Part shown: one piece after another, positions 8,138 through 17,532 of the stretch | Position numbering within the stretch: the stretch's first letter is position 1 | Layout of the letters: each line of letters begins with the position of its first letter | Origin: an uncultured Candidatus Saccharibacteria bacterium | Lineage (GTDB): Bacteria > Patescibacteriota > Minisyncoccia > Phycocordibacterales > UBA12088 | Direction: 5' to 3' | Assembly: GCA_964459075.1 (NCBI GenBank) | Contig: CAYWKE010000005.1 | Location: forward strand, 1 to 34,652 | DNA: 34,652 nt | The notes under the pieces: model-generated | Seen by the model: only the letters and a program-made list of their open reading frames with translations | The model's database searches: none | What the model was told of the DNA's origin: nothing | Translations under genes and position numbers: made by a program

Positions 8138-9865
8138 TCACCAGAGGTTCCACGATGGGCGGGTCCGCTGGTACCAGGTGTGAATGGTCATGAAGCGCTC
8201 TGCTGGGGTTGTGGCACCCATGATCGAGATGTTGCGAACATCGGACGGGGCAAGGTAGATGAGATCGGGAGAGTACAGGAAGAGTGCGGGGAGTTCGTTG
8301 TGAACCTCTTCAGCAAATGTGGTCAGCTCGAGGAGGCGTTCTGTGGGGTTCGTTGCTGCACGTGAGCGTTCAAGTGCTGCATCAACCGTGACGTTCGCAT
8401 ACTGTGCGATGTTCAGGCCCGGATCGTTCCGTTGACTTGAGTGCCAGAACGCAAAGAGGTCGAGCTCACGTCCAACAACCATGCCGAACAAGAGCGCATC
8501 AAATCGTCGCGGTCGAATAGTGCTCTGGGTGAGGTCGTTGCTGTCGAAGACTTCCAGCGTGACATCCACACCGAATGCGCGCCAGGTCTCTTCGAGGTAG
8601 GTCGCGGCACGCACGAGCTCGGGCGAGTCCGCGGTTGCGAGCGAGAAGGAGAGGCGGTCGAACTCAGTGTCGGTCTCACGTACCCAGATGCCATCGTCTC
8701 CCCGCTCCCACCCGCTGTTTTCAAGAAGCGTCTCTGCAGCATCACGGTCTGGTTCTGGAACGAGTGGGACATTCTCAAAAACACCAAGGGGCACCGGTCC
8801 TGCGATGGGAGTGGCGTAGCCCCCAAGCGCCTCCTGGACGAGCACATCGCGATCGATGACCCTGTCGAGTGCCTCGCGCACTTCGCTGCGCGCGAAAATG
8901 GAAGCTCGATTCACATTGAAGAACACTGTGAAGAGTCGGGGGAGCGGGGTCGAGAGGATATCGGCACGCACGCGCTCGTGTTGACTCAGAAGGGCGGGCG
9001 TTGCGCGCGCAAACGCATCGATCTGCCGTTCGGAAAGAAGCGAGAGAGCGTCCTCTTCACTGCGTGCAAGTAAGAACGTGAGATCGGTGAGCAGGGGCTC
9101 CCCAAGAACGTAGTTAGAGAACGCACGCAGGTCGTACTGGCGCGGAATGCTCGCATCATCTCTGCGAATCTCGCGGATGCGGTACGGGCCGGCACCCACC
9201 GGGTGACTATTGAGCTCTGAGAACGGGAACTCATCCGCGGCGATGTCCTCCCAGAGGTGGAGCGGCAAGATGCCGACCGTGGTGTTCTCGATGAAGGGAG
9301 CATAGGGCTCGGGAAGGTAGAATCGTACCTCACGTTCGCTGACCGCTTCAACGATGATACCTCCCCAGTTCACAAAGAGGGGACTTTTGATGGCGGGGTC
9401 TTGAATGCGCAAGATGGTGTGCACCACGTCAGCAGATGTGACCGGTTCTCCGTCATGGAAGGTCGCATCTTCACGAATGATGAAGGTGTACTGGAGACCA
9501 TCGTCGGTCACGCTGTAGCTTTCAGCGAGTGCGGGCGCGAGCCCATCAGGGGTTGCGGTCATGAGCCCTTCAAACACCAGGGCCGCGAGGTCTTGGTCTG
9601 CAAAAGAGAGCGCGAGGACCGGATTGATGAAGCGGGGAGTGCCGATCAGCGCCTCAGTGAAGCCGCCGCCGCGTGCCGGCACCTCTTCCATGAGGAACCC
9701 CGCACTACTGCGCACAATAAGCACGCCTGCACCTAACACAACGAGCGCAAGGACAAGCGTCTTCATTGCGCGAGGAAGGTGTCGACGACGGTGATGCGTC
9801 TCGAGTGGATACGACGAGGATGCCTGTGGGGTCGAATCGATGTGCTGTTGGTCGAGGAAGCTCAT
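8138..9865 (-). CDS. ABC peptide/nickel substrate-binding protein (SBP family 5, OppA/DppA-like)
   Basis: N-terminal TM anchor, PRFINPVLA, LAESYSV...YTF.IR.DATFHDGEPVTSADV and PVGAGPY. Confidence 0.88.
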   Translation of the reverse strand: MSFLDQQHIDSTPQASSSYPLETHHRRRHLPRAMKTLVLALVVLGAGVLIVRSSAGFLMEEVPARGGGFTEALIGTPRFINPVLALSFADQDLAALVFEGLMTATPDGLAPALAESYSVTDDGLQYTFIIREDATFHDGEPVTSADVVHTILRIQDPAIKSPLFVNWGGIIVEAVSEREVRFYLPEPYAPFIENTTVGILPLHLWEDIAADEFPFSELNSHPVGAGPYRIREIRRDDASIPRQYDLRAFSNYVLGEPLLTDLTFLLARSEEDALSLLSERQIDAFARATPALLSQHERVRADILSTPLPRLFTVFFNVNRASIFARSEVREALDRVIDRDVLVQEALGGYATPIAGPVPLGVFENVPLVPEPDRDAAETLLENSGWERGDDGIWVRETDTEFDRLSFSLATADSPELVRAATYLEETWRAFGVDVTLEVFDSNDLTQSTIRPRRFDALLFGMVVGRELDLFAFWHSSQRNDPGLNIAQYANVTVDAALERSRAATNPTERLLELTTFAEEVHNELPALFLYSPDLIYLAPSDVRNISIMGATTPAERFMTIHTWYQRTRPSWNLW

Positions 9866-10003
9866 GCGAACTCGTGTCGGTTCGGTGCTGTGGGGTACGC
9901 GCACACAACACTAGCTAACTGGCTACCGGCCAGCGCGGTTCTTCAATTGCGTGACGAAGGTGATGCGCGAACGCTCCGTACTTGAGTCCTGGCATGTCCA
10001 GGG

Positions 10004-10234
10004 CTAGAAGTAGAGTGCCGAGAACGCAGCGAGTACGTACAGGATAGCAAGCACGATGGTGGCCTGGAAGAGTGTTTTCTCAAACCCCCGCCTCGTGTAG
10101 TGCACCGAATCATCGCTGCCTCCGAATACGCCTCCGAGACCCGAACCTGTCGACTGCAGGATGATGGCCGCAATGAGGAGGAGTGACAGCGTGATCTGGA
10201 TATATGGCAATCCAGACGATATCAATTCCGTCAT
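10004..10234 (-). CDS. secG: Preprotein translocase subunit SecG
   Basis: Two TM helices flanking LQ..GSGLGGVFGG...TRRGFEK; ATG at 10234. Confidence 0.92.
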   Translation of the reverse strand: MTELISSGLPYIQITLSLLLIAAIILQSTGSGLGGVFGGSDDSVHYTRRGFEKTLFQATIVLAILYVLAAFSALYF

Positions 10235-10303
10235 GTTAGGGAGACTATACCGAAGTCGGGTCGGGTTGGCAAGAGGAAACATCGTAACCCCAGCTGACCC
10301 TGT

Positions 10304-10332
10304 TTGACACTCCTCTCCCCACTCACTATACT
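10304..10332 (+). promoter_or_regulatory. Sigma70-type promoter of groES-groEL
   Basis: TTGACA (10304-10309), 17-nt spacer, TATACT (10327-10332). Confidence 0.8.
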
Positions 10333-10376
10333 GTTCACGCTTTATCAGGGTTTAGGGTCTAACTCCACTATTCCAT

Positions 10377-10688
10377 ATGTCGAAGAACGCATCGAAGGCA
10401 GATGTGCAGATTCGCCCACTGGGCGACCGCGCGCTCATCAAACCCGAGAAGGGAAGCGAAGAGACGACCACCTCAGGCATCATTCTCCCCGACTCGGGTG
10501 AGGCGAAGCAGGATCGCGGTACGGTCGTTGCGGTCGGCCCCGGCAAGGTGGGCGACGACAACGAACTCATCCCGATGTCGGTCAAGCAGGGTGACACGGT
10601 CCTCTTCCAATGGGGCGACAAGGTCGAGTACGGAGGTGAGGAGTACTACCTCGTCACCGAGGGTAACATCCTCGCGGTCATCGACTAA
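10377..10688 (+). CDS. groES: Co-chaperonin GroES
   Basis: IRPLGDR, TTSGIILPD, GTVVAVGPG and VKQGDTVLF. Confidence 0.97.
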   Translation: MSKNASKADVQIRPLGDRALIKPEKGSEETTTSGIILPDSGEAKQDRGTVVAVGPGKVGDDNELIPMSVKQGDTVLFQWGDKVEYGGEEYYLVTEGNILAVID

Positions 10689-10729
10689 TGTAGTATTCGA
10701 CGTTACCAACTAACAGATATCCATTGTCT

Positions 10730-12397
10730 ATGGCAGCAAAAGAGGTTCTATTTGATAACGATGTGCGAGAGAAGCTCAAGCGTGGTGTCGACACGGTAGC
10801 GAACGCAGTGAAGGTCACTATCGGACCACGCGGACGCAACGTGGCGCTCGAAAAGAGCTTCGGTGGCCCGACCATCACCAACGATGGCGTCTCGATAGCG
10901 AAGGAGGTCACGCTCAAAGATAAGTTTGAGAACATGGGTGCCGAGGTCGTCAAAGAGGTGGCGACCAAGACCAATGATGCGGCCGGCGACGGAACCACGA
11001 CCGCGGTCGTGCTCACGCAGGCTATCATCGCTGAGGGCTACCGACGCACGGCGTTGGGAGCCAATCCCATGATGGTGCGTCGCGGCATCGAGGACGCAGC
11101 GCGTGACGTGGTCGAGGAGCTCAAGAACATGGCCAAGCAGATCAAGGGTAAGGATGAGATCAAACAGGTCGCCTCAATTTCTGCCGAAAGTGAGGAGATG
11201 GGCACCATCATCGCCGAGACCATCGACAAGGTTGGCAAGGACGGCGTGGTGACCGTTGAGGAGTCGCAGTCCTTTGGCATCGAGTCTGAGGTCGTCGAGG
11301 GATTGGAGTTCGATAAGGGCTACGTCAGTCCGTACATGATCACCAACGGTGAGCGTATGGAAGCCGAGTACAAGGATGTAGCCATCCTCGTGACCGACAA
11401 GAAGGTGGCGAACGTCAAAGAGATCCTTCCATTGTTGGAGAAGATCGCCGCGACCGGCAAGAAGGACATTGTCATTATCGCGGACGATGTTGAGGGTGAG
11501 GCGTTGGCGACGTTCGTCTTGAACAAGCTACGCGGGGCGTTCAACGTGCTTGCTATCAAGGCGCCCGGCTACGGTGATCGCAAGAAGGATATGTTGAGCG
11601 ACATCGCGACCACCATCGGCGCAACGGTCGTGTCGGACGACATTGGCATCAAGCTTGAGAGCGTTGAGCTCTCGATGTTGGGCACTGCGGGCCGGGTCGT
11701 TGCGACGAAAGATAAGACCATCATCGTGGACGGTAAAGGCTCAAAAAAGGACATCGAGGCGCGCGTGGCGCAACTTAAGACCCAGCTTGATCGCACAGAG
11801 AGCAAGTACGACCGTGAGAAACTGACAGAGCGCATCGCGAAGCTTGCCGGTGGTGTTGCGGTCATCCGCGTGGGTGCCGCGACCGAGACCGAGATGAAGT
11901 ATCTCAAGCTCAAGATAGAGGACGCGGTCAACGCGACCAAGGCAGCCATCGAAGAGGGTATCGTCCCTGGCGGTGGTACGGCGCTTGCAAAGATCGCGAA
12001 ATTGCTTGCCGGAAAGCGAGAAGGAAAGAGCGCGGTCGCGACCCACGACGCTGAGTATGAAGCAGGGTACGCGGTTCTGGTGAATGCGCTATCGGCGCCC
12101 CTGCGCCAGATCGCGTACAACGCAGGTCACCAAGATGATGCAGCGGTCGTGGTGGCACGAGTCGCTGAGGCGAAGGGTGCCGAGGGCTTTGACGCCGTCA
12201 CGGGTGCCTACGTCGACATGCTCGAGAAGGGCATCATCGACCCCGTGAAGGTCGAGCGCTCAGGTGTGCAGAATGCCGCCTCGGCTGCGGCAATTCTCCT
12301 GACCACCGAGGCGGCCGTCGCCGAGGAGCCAGAAGACGAGAAGCCTGCAGCTGCACCCGACATGGGTGGTATGGGCGGCATGGGTGGGATGTACTAG
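10730..12397 (+). CDS. groEL: Chaperonin GroEL
   Basis: VKVTIGPRGRNV, TITNDG, AGDGTTTA, KAPGYGDR and the GGM tail. Confidence 0.98.
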   Translation: MAAKEVLFDNDVREKLKRGVDTVANAVKVTIGPRGRNVALEKSFGGPTITNDGVSIAKEVTLKDKFENMGAEVVKEVATKTNDAAGDGTTTAVVLTQAIIAEGYRRTALGANPMMVRRGIEDAARDVVEELKNMAKQIKGKDEIKQVASISAESEEMGTIIAETIDKVGKDGVVTVEESQSFGIESEVVEGLEFDKGYVSPYMITNGERMEAEYKDVAILVTDKKVANVKEILPLLEKIAATGKKDIVIIADDVEGEALATFVLNKLRGAFNVLAIKAPGYGDRKKDMLSDIATTIGATVVSDDIGIKLESVELSMLGTAGRVVATKDKTIIVDGKGSKKDIEARVAQLKTQLDRTESKYDREKLTERIAKLAGGVAVIRVGAATETEMKYLKLKIEDAVNATKAAIEEGIVPGGGTALAKIAKLLAGKREGKSAVATHDAEYEAGYAVLVNALSAPLRQIAYNAGHQDDAAVVVARVAEAKGAEGFDAVTGAYVDMLEKGIIDPVKVERSGVQNAASAAAILLTTEAAVAEEPEDEKPAAAPDMGGMGGMGGMY

Positions 12398-12437
12398 AGA
12401 CGAGCAGACGTGCGGCGCTCGGTAACACAATTCGGAA

Positions 12438-12460
12438 GCGCCCCGCCTTCGGCGGGGCGC
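12438..12460 (+). terminator. GC-rich hairpin after groEL (probable terminator); identical 23-bp copy at 16760-16782
   Basis: GCGCCCCGCC-TTC-GGCGGGGCGC followed by a T-rich tract. Confidence 0.7.
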
Positions 12461-12698
12461 GTTCGTTATTCTATCTGCAGCACCTATACCGTGGATAAAT
12501 TCACTTGCTTTTTTTTGGGATAGCTTCACACTTCACCCTGTGAATAGGGGTTTATTATTCGTATTAGCACTCGTAACGCTTGCACTACCCGGCGGAGGTT
12601 CCTGCACGCGAAAGCCTTGCCTCCCTACCGACAGATACTGTTGAAGAGATCAAAGCGCCTTCTCGGGCGCGATATTTAGTTCATAATGTGTGACAAAT

Positions 12699-13724
12699 AT
12701 GAAGTATGTACATACGATGCTGTTTGCATTCGCTATGGTGTGCGCAGTTGGGACGGCTGTGTACGTTTCGGCGCAAACTGCACGTTCAGAGCATGAGCAC
12801 ATGGGGGTGAAGGTGCCATTTGAAGTCCGCTACCTGACGAAAGGTCAAGACGAGCGGAGTGCATCGATGGCTTCCGTCCAGAGTGGCGAGCAAAGAGTGA
12901 TTCAGCAGGAAGCCGATACAAGAAATGAGATGATGTTCCTGTCCCCGGATCGCCAGTACCTTGCCGTAACGTACAGTGGCGCAGATCATCTCGCTAGAAC
13001 GTACATTACCAATACGGAAGGTGCCCGTGTGGTTGCGGAGCATCTCGGTTATCCGGTCGGGTGGACACCAGACAGTCGCGAGGTGCTTCTATCTCGCTCA
13101 ATTGAATCCACGGGATACGAGCGGGAAATGTACCGCCTGAGTATTGACGGGGAGTATACACACACAGGGTTACCAAGCGGGGTGCACAGTGCAGCCGTAT
13201 CGCCAAAAGATGGAAGTATCGTGTATGGTCTGACTGACAGCGCAACGGACGATACTGACGTATATCTGCGCACCTCTCACAATACAGACATCCAAATTCT
13301 TGACGGAGCGGGCACCATCTACGCCTGGTTTCGCTGGTCGCCCGATGGTGAACGTATTGCACTCCTGAAGTCCGATCTCTATCTCACACCCGAAGAAAGC
13401 GAGATATGGATCATGGACGCTGATGGTGGGAATCGGGAGCGAATTGCAAACGTCGCCTGGTCGTATCCGCCTATCTGGTCGCCAGACGCTGGGAGAGTAC
13501 TCTTCTCACAAGGAGATACGGTGTACGAATATACCATGGACGAAAAGACGGTACGTACTGTGACTGACAACGCGCCGGTAGAGAGGGCGATACACCCCGT
13601 CTATGCGCCCGACGGTGAAACCATCCTCTTTAGTGATACCGAGCAGATATGGTCGATCCGCAATGGCAAACTCGAACTGATAACCTCAGGCTCTGGGAGC
13701 AAGCTCTTCCCGATCGCCTACTAG
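12699..13724 (+). CDS. Secreted TolB-like/PD40 beta-propeller protein
   Basis: Signal-like N-terminus; repeated SPD motifs (LSPDRQYLA, WTPDSREV, WSPDGERIA, WSPDAGRV, YAPDGETI). Confidence 0.75.
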   Translation: MKYVHTMLFAFAMVCAVGTAVYVSAQTARSEHEHMGVKVPFEVRYLTKGQDERSASMASVQSGEQRVIQQEADTRNEMMFLSPDRQYLAVTYSGADHLARTYITNTEGARVVAEHLGYPVGWTPDSREVLLSRSIESTGYEREMYRLSIDGEYTHTGLPSGVHSAAVSPKDGSIVYGLTDSATDDTDVYLRTSHNTDIQILDGAGTIYAWFRWSPDGERIALLKSDLYLTPEESEIWIMDADGGNRERIANVAWSYPPIWSPDAGRVLFSQGDTVYEYTMDEKTVRTVTDNAPVERAIHPVYAPDGETILFSDTEQIWSIRNGKLELITSGSGSKLFPIAY

Positions 13725-13727
13725 CCT

Positions 13728-14255
13728 ATGAACTACAAGACTGTACTGACTATCGTATTCGCCGTGCTTGCGCTCACGGTCGTGGTGCTCTTTATTCAAG
13801 TAGAGCAAGGATTTTACGCCCCAAAAGGCGTGGATGGGCAGCGTGCAACAAGCTCAGCACAATCTGGAGGAGAGATCGATCGGCCTGAGTTGAGTGGTCC
13901 AGAAGGCTGGGAAGAGTATTGGAATGATCAATGGAGGATGGCTTTCGCCTACCCCCAAACGTGGGAGCTGACTCCCGTTACTGATCCTAGAGGAAACATC
14001 ACGAGTGTTGCGCTTAGTGGAGATGGTTACGAACTCATTCTGGGAAGGGGAGCCGGAGGTCTTCCTGACAGAACGTGGGTTCAAACTACGACAACGCTCG
14101 ACAGCCTAGAAACAAAAGTGTGGGAGTACGTAACTGATTTGGGTAGTTATGAGATTGTGCTCCAAGCCGGGTCATACAGAATCCACGTTACACAAACTCC
14201 TCGTGACTCTAGAGAAGTGGTAGACAAAATCATCTCAACAATTTCCATCTACTAA
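13728..14255 (+). CDS. Membrane-anchored secreted hypothetical protein (PsbP-like fold suspected)
   Basis: N-terminal TM helix, W..Y.N...MAFAYPQTW pattern and C-terminal DKIISTI. Confidence 0.6.
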   Translation: MNYKTVLTIVFAVLALTVVVLFIQVEQGFYAPKGVDGQRATSSAQSGGEIDRPELSGPEGWEEYWNDQWRMAFAYPQTWELTPVTDPRGNITSVALSGDGYELILGRGAGGLPDRTWVQTTTTLDSLETKVWEYVTDLGSYEIVLQAGSYRIHVTQTPRDSREVVDKIISTISIY

Positions 14256-14272
14256 CTAATTCGAAACATGCT

Positions 14273-16315
14273 ATGAGACACGTTCCATTTGGGCTAGTAG
14301 TATTATCGTTTTTGATCGCATCTACAGCACATGCAAATTACTACACACTGCCAATTGATGAGGTGGGTGATAGCGACATCATCTACTATTCATGGTTTGA
14401 CCATGATACCTCTGCGTCCCGTGCAAGATATGATGGTGCAACTATATTCGAGTACAATGATCACAAGGGAATCGACTTTGCAACTGTGTACGAAGGGAAA
14501 GACATCTTCGCTGCTGCCAGCGGCACTGTGCGTGCAGCAGGGTGGGAGAATCCCAGTGATTACGGCCAAGGGTACGGGTACCGCATCTACCTCTACCACG
14601 ACGACCAATCTCAACGAACCGTCTACGCCCACTTGGCAACGACATCAACCACAACAAGTGTATCGCTAAACGACGAGTTTGCTCAAGGCGAGGTGCTTGC
14701 ATCTAGTGGAGATACCGGTGTGTCATCAGGACCCCACCTCCACTTCGGCATCTACGACTGCGACTGCACGAGTTCGTCCGAGCAGCTCGACCCCTTCGGC
14801 TGGTGGCAGAGCACGCCCGATCCCTGGCCGCACAATGACAATTGGTACCTCTGGACGACCGATCCGCCTTCATTCTTGATGGCAAGCACGGTTGACTACG
14901 ACATCACCGAAGATCAAACGTGGCGAGGCAACATTCTGATCGAGGGATTGGTGACCATCGACACGGGAGTGACGGTGACGCTCACGCCAGGAACGGTGGT
15001 TAAGTTCAGGGATACAAATGCACGGCTTGCGGTAGAAGGCGTGCTCAACGCAGAGGGTGTGACTCAACGGCCGATCTACTTCACGTCCTACCACGATGAT
15101 ACCGTTGGTGGCGATACCAACGAGAATGGTGCGAGTACCTCACCTGCTGCAGGTGACTGGAAGTTCGTGTACCTATACCCAGGCGCAGATGTGGATCTCA
15201 CGCACACGTTCGTGCGCTACGGCGGCGGCGGGCAAGGTGATCTTGGCACGAACATCTACAACGCCGGAGGCTCTCTTACTTTGACACACGCCACCCTCAC
15301 CGACGCACACAACAACGCTGTCCACACGTTCACCGGCACCACGACCTGTCACGAGTGTGAGGTGTACGACAACTGGACTGGAATGGTGCAGTACGGCGGG
15401 TCGCTCACGATCGACGAATCGTACATCCATGATAACGGCTACCTGGGCTTCTTTGCCCGAGGTGATGGGTCTCTGCAGGTAACCGACACCCATTTTGAGG
15501 ACCACAACCTCTACGGTGCCGGATATGTTTCCTTTTGGAGTGGGTTGGACTTCACCCACTCAGGCAACACCTCGCAGAGCACCGGTGGCACGTTCACCTC
15601 AAATCTGCACGGCTTCCTAACTGCTGGCTACGTGAATGGGACGGTGACGTGGCAGAAGGACGGCATGCCCTACATCGTGTACCCCTACGACGTCGACACC
15701 CAGCTCTACGGAACGAGCGTTCCTGGAGGTTCGACCTTGACCATCGATCCGGGCGTGATCGTGAAGTTCGCCTCCTCAAGCTCGTTTCTCAACGCGAGCG
15801 GCACCCTGATTGCCGAGGGCACCTCGCTCAGTCCCATCTACTTCACCTCGATCAAGGATGACGTAGGAGGGGATACGAACGACGACGGTGCAAGTTCGGG
15901 AAGCCGGGGGGATTGGCTAGGTATTGTGATCGGGCCGTTCAGTAGTAGTGGCTCTGGCTCTTTCACTCATGCGATCGTTCGCTATGGGGGAGGGTATGAG
16001 GCGAGCTCGGGCGAGGACTACGCGCAGATCTGGTCGCAGAACAACAGCACGCTCGACATCGCCAGCTCGACCATCACGGAGAGTGGGTACGTCGGCGTGT
16101 GGCACGATGACAGCGGGGGTACGACGAATATTTCATCGAGCAACCTTACGAATGTTGACTTCTACTACGGCTTCTATAGCGACCAAAGCGCGACTTCAGA
16201 TGCTGAGGGGAACTACTGGGGTGCTTCAGATGGGCCTCAGCCTGGCGGAAGTGGCGTGTGGATCGGGGGCAATGTTGACGCGATTCCGTTTGAGACAAGC
16301 GAAGTGATGTGGTGA
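14273..16315 (+). CDS. Secreted M23 metallopeptidase fused to right-handed beta-helix repeats
   Basis: Signal peptide; M23 zinc motifs HKGIDF, YAHL and GPHLHF; two internal copies of PG..VKF...G.L.AEG...PIYFTS..DD..GGDTN..G...GDW. Confidence 0.82.
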   Translation: MRHVPFGLVVLSFLIASTAHANYYTLPIDEVGDSDIIYYSWFDHDTSASRARYDGATIFEYNDHKGIDFATVYEGKDIFAAASGTVRAAGWENPSDYGQGYGYRIYLYHDDQSQRTVYAHLATTSTTTSVSLNDEFAQGEVLASSGDTGVSSGPHLHFGIYDCDCTSSSEQLDPFGWWQSTPDPWPHNDNWYLWTTDPPSFLMASTVDYDITEDQTWRGNILIEGLVTIDTGVTVTLTPGTVVKFRDTNARLAVEGVLNAEGVTQRPIYFTSYHDDTVGGDTNENGASTSPAAGDWKFVYLYPGADVDLTHTFVRYGGGGQGDLGTNIYNAGGSLTLTHATLTDAHNNAVHTFTGTTTCHECEVYDNWTGMVQYGGSLTIDESYIHDNGYLGFFARGDGSLQVTDTHFEDHNLYGAGYVSFWSGLDFTHSGNTSQSTGGTFTSNLHGFLTAGYVNGTVTWQKDGMPYIVYPYDVDTQLYGTSVPGGSTLTIDPGVIVKFASSSSFLNASGTLIAEGTSLSPIYFTSIKDDVGGDTNDDGASSGSRGDWLGIVIGPFSSSGSGSFTHAIVRYGGGYEASSGEDYAQIWSQNNSTLDIASSTITESGYVGVWHDDSGGTTNISSSNLTNVDFYYGFYSDQSATSDAEGNYWGASDGPQPGGSGVWIGGNVDAIPFETSEVMW

Positions 16316-16337
16316 TACAAGCATAAACAGATATCCT

Positions 16338-16724
16338 ATGTACAAAAACACACAGACGAGCATTGCTGGTATCACACTGTCGCTCGTGATCGGCACAGCA
16401 CTACTTGTGCTATTCACGATCATGGTTCAAGCTGAATCGCCGGAAGAAAGTGCACAGGTAGTGACTCCAGATCCTGGATCAGACTCGACTGAAACGGCCC
16501 TGCGTAGCTATGGGGGAGGCGGAGGGAGTGACGCATTTCTTCCTGCTGCGCGTGGCGTATCAACACCAGATGCCCGCGTACGTGGCCCCGGAGCTCCGCC
16601 GAAGGGATTGGGGGACTACCGAAGTTGGCGAGCCGAGGTTGAGCGCACGGGCGAAGGTCCCTATACAAGTGAGCTGGATCTGAGACCTACCGTCTCTGGT
16701 GCTGGCCAACTCGTGTTGCCGTAA
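16338..16724 (+). CDS. Hypothetical secreted protein
   Basis: Signal peptide ending VQA followed by a low-complexity region; last gene of the cassette. Confidence 0.5.
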   Translation: MYKNTQTSIAGITLSLVIGTALLVLFTIMVQAESPEESAQVVTPDPGSDSTETALRSYGGGGGSDAFLPAARGVSTPDARVRGPGAPPKGLGDYRSWRAEVERTGEGPYTSELDLRPTVSGAGQLVLP

Positions 16725-16759
16725 CGAATGGAGAAAACCAAGTGCCAATTCAACGACAC

Positions 16760-16782
16760 GCGCCCCGCCTTCGGCGGGGCGC
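16760..16782 (+). repeat. Second copy of the GC hairpin (terminator/REP-like)
   Basis: GCGCCCCGCCTTCGGCGGGGCGC, identical to 12438-12460. Confidence 0.85.
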
Positions 16783-16903
16783 TTCCGTCTTACACCTCAA
16801 CTATTGTTCAGCCACAAAGGGGTGGTATACTGAAAGCACCGTGTAGTGAATGAGTCGCTCATTATTCATTCACACATTATTTTTCGCTAATAGACTCTCG
16901 CGT

Positions 16904-17461
16904 ATGATTGCTGTGTTTATTCTCATTGGGGTTGTTGTTGTCCTTGGCCTGTGGGTCATGATGGCGTACAATCGCTTCATAACCCTCAACAATCGAACGG
17001 ATGAGGCGTGGGCAGATATCGACACGCAACTCAAGCGCCGCTACGATCTCATACCGAACTTGGTCAATACGGTGCAAGGCTACGCAACGCACGAGAAGGA
17101 TACACTCGAGCGAGTGACCGAGATGCGCGCAAAGGCCATCGACGCCTCGGGCACCGAGGGTCAGGCACAAGCTGAGAACATGCTTACCGATGCGCTCAAA
17201 TCACTGTTCGCGGTCGCCGAAGCGTACCCTGACCTCAAGGCCAACACCAACTTCCTTGAGCTCCAGCGTGAACTTGCCGACACCGAGAACAAGATCCAAG
17301 CTGCGCGTCGCTTCTACAACACCAACGTTCGCGACCTCAATACGGCCGTGCAGATGTTCCCCAGCAACATCGTAGCGAACGTATTCAAGTTCACCGAGCG
17401 TGACTTCTTCGAGCTGACCGAGGATAGTGCCGCCCGCGAGCCGGTCGAGGTGAAGTTCTAG
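16904..17461 (+). CDS. lemA: LemA family protein
   Basis: N-terminal TM helix, YN..., AWADIDTQLKRRYDLIPNLV, EAYPDLKANTNFLELQ and ENKIQAARRFYN. Confidence 0.95.
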   Translation: MIAVFILIGVVVVLGLWVMMAYNRFITLNNRTDEAWADIDTQLKRRYDLIPNLVNTVQGYATHEKDTLERVTEMRAKAIDASGTEGQAQAENMLTDALKSLFAVAEAYPDLKANTNFLELQRELADTENKIQAARRFYNTNVRDLNTAVQMFPSNIVANVFKFTERDFFELTEDSAAREPVEVKF

Positions 17462-17492
17462 CGATCCACGAGCACAGTGAGTTATTCCCACG

Positions 17493-17520
17493 ACACGACC
17501 CTGCAACTGCAGGGTCGTGT
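17493..17520. repeat. Perfect inverted repeat, 13-bp arms
   Basis: ACACGACCCTGCA-AC-TGCAGGGTCGTGT. Confidence 0.85.
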
Positions 17521-17532
17521 TATAACGTTCGT

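Noticed and set aside
10300-10376. CIRCE (HrcA operator) at groESL, or at 12564
   Set aside because: Only half-site-like TTGACACTC and TTAGCACTC are present; there is no GAGTGCTAA at 9-nt spacing.
12480-12560. Replication origin
   Set aside because: Only two imperfect DnaA boxes, no clear unwinding element and no dnaA/dnaN nearby.
12590-12635. c-di-GMP-I or c-di-AMP riboswitch
   Set aside because: A GAAA tetraloop stem is present, but the conserved GGCAAAC or GCTGAA cores are not.
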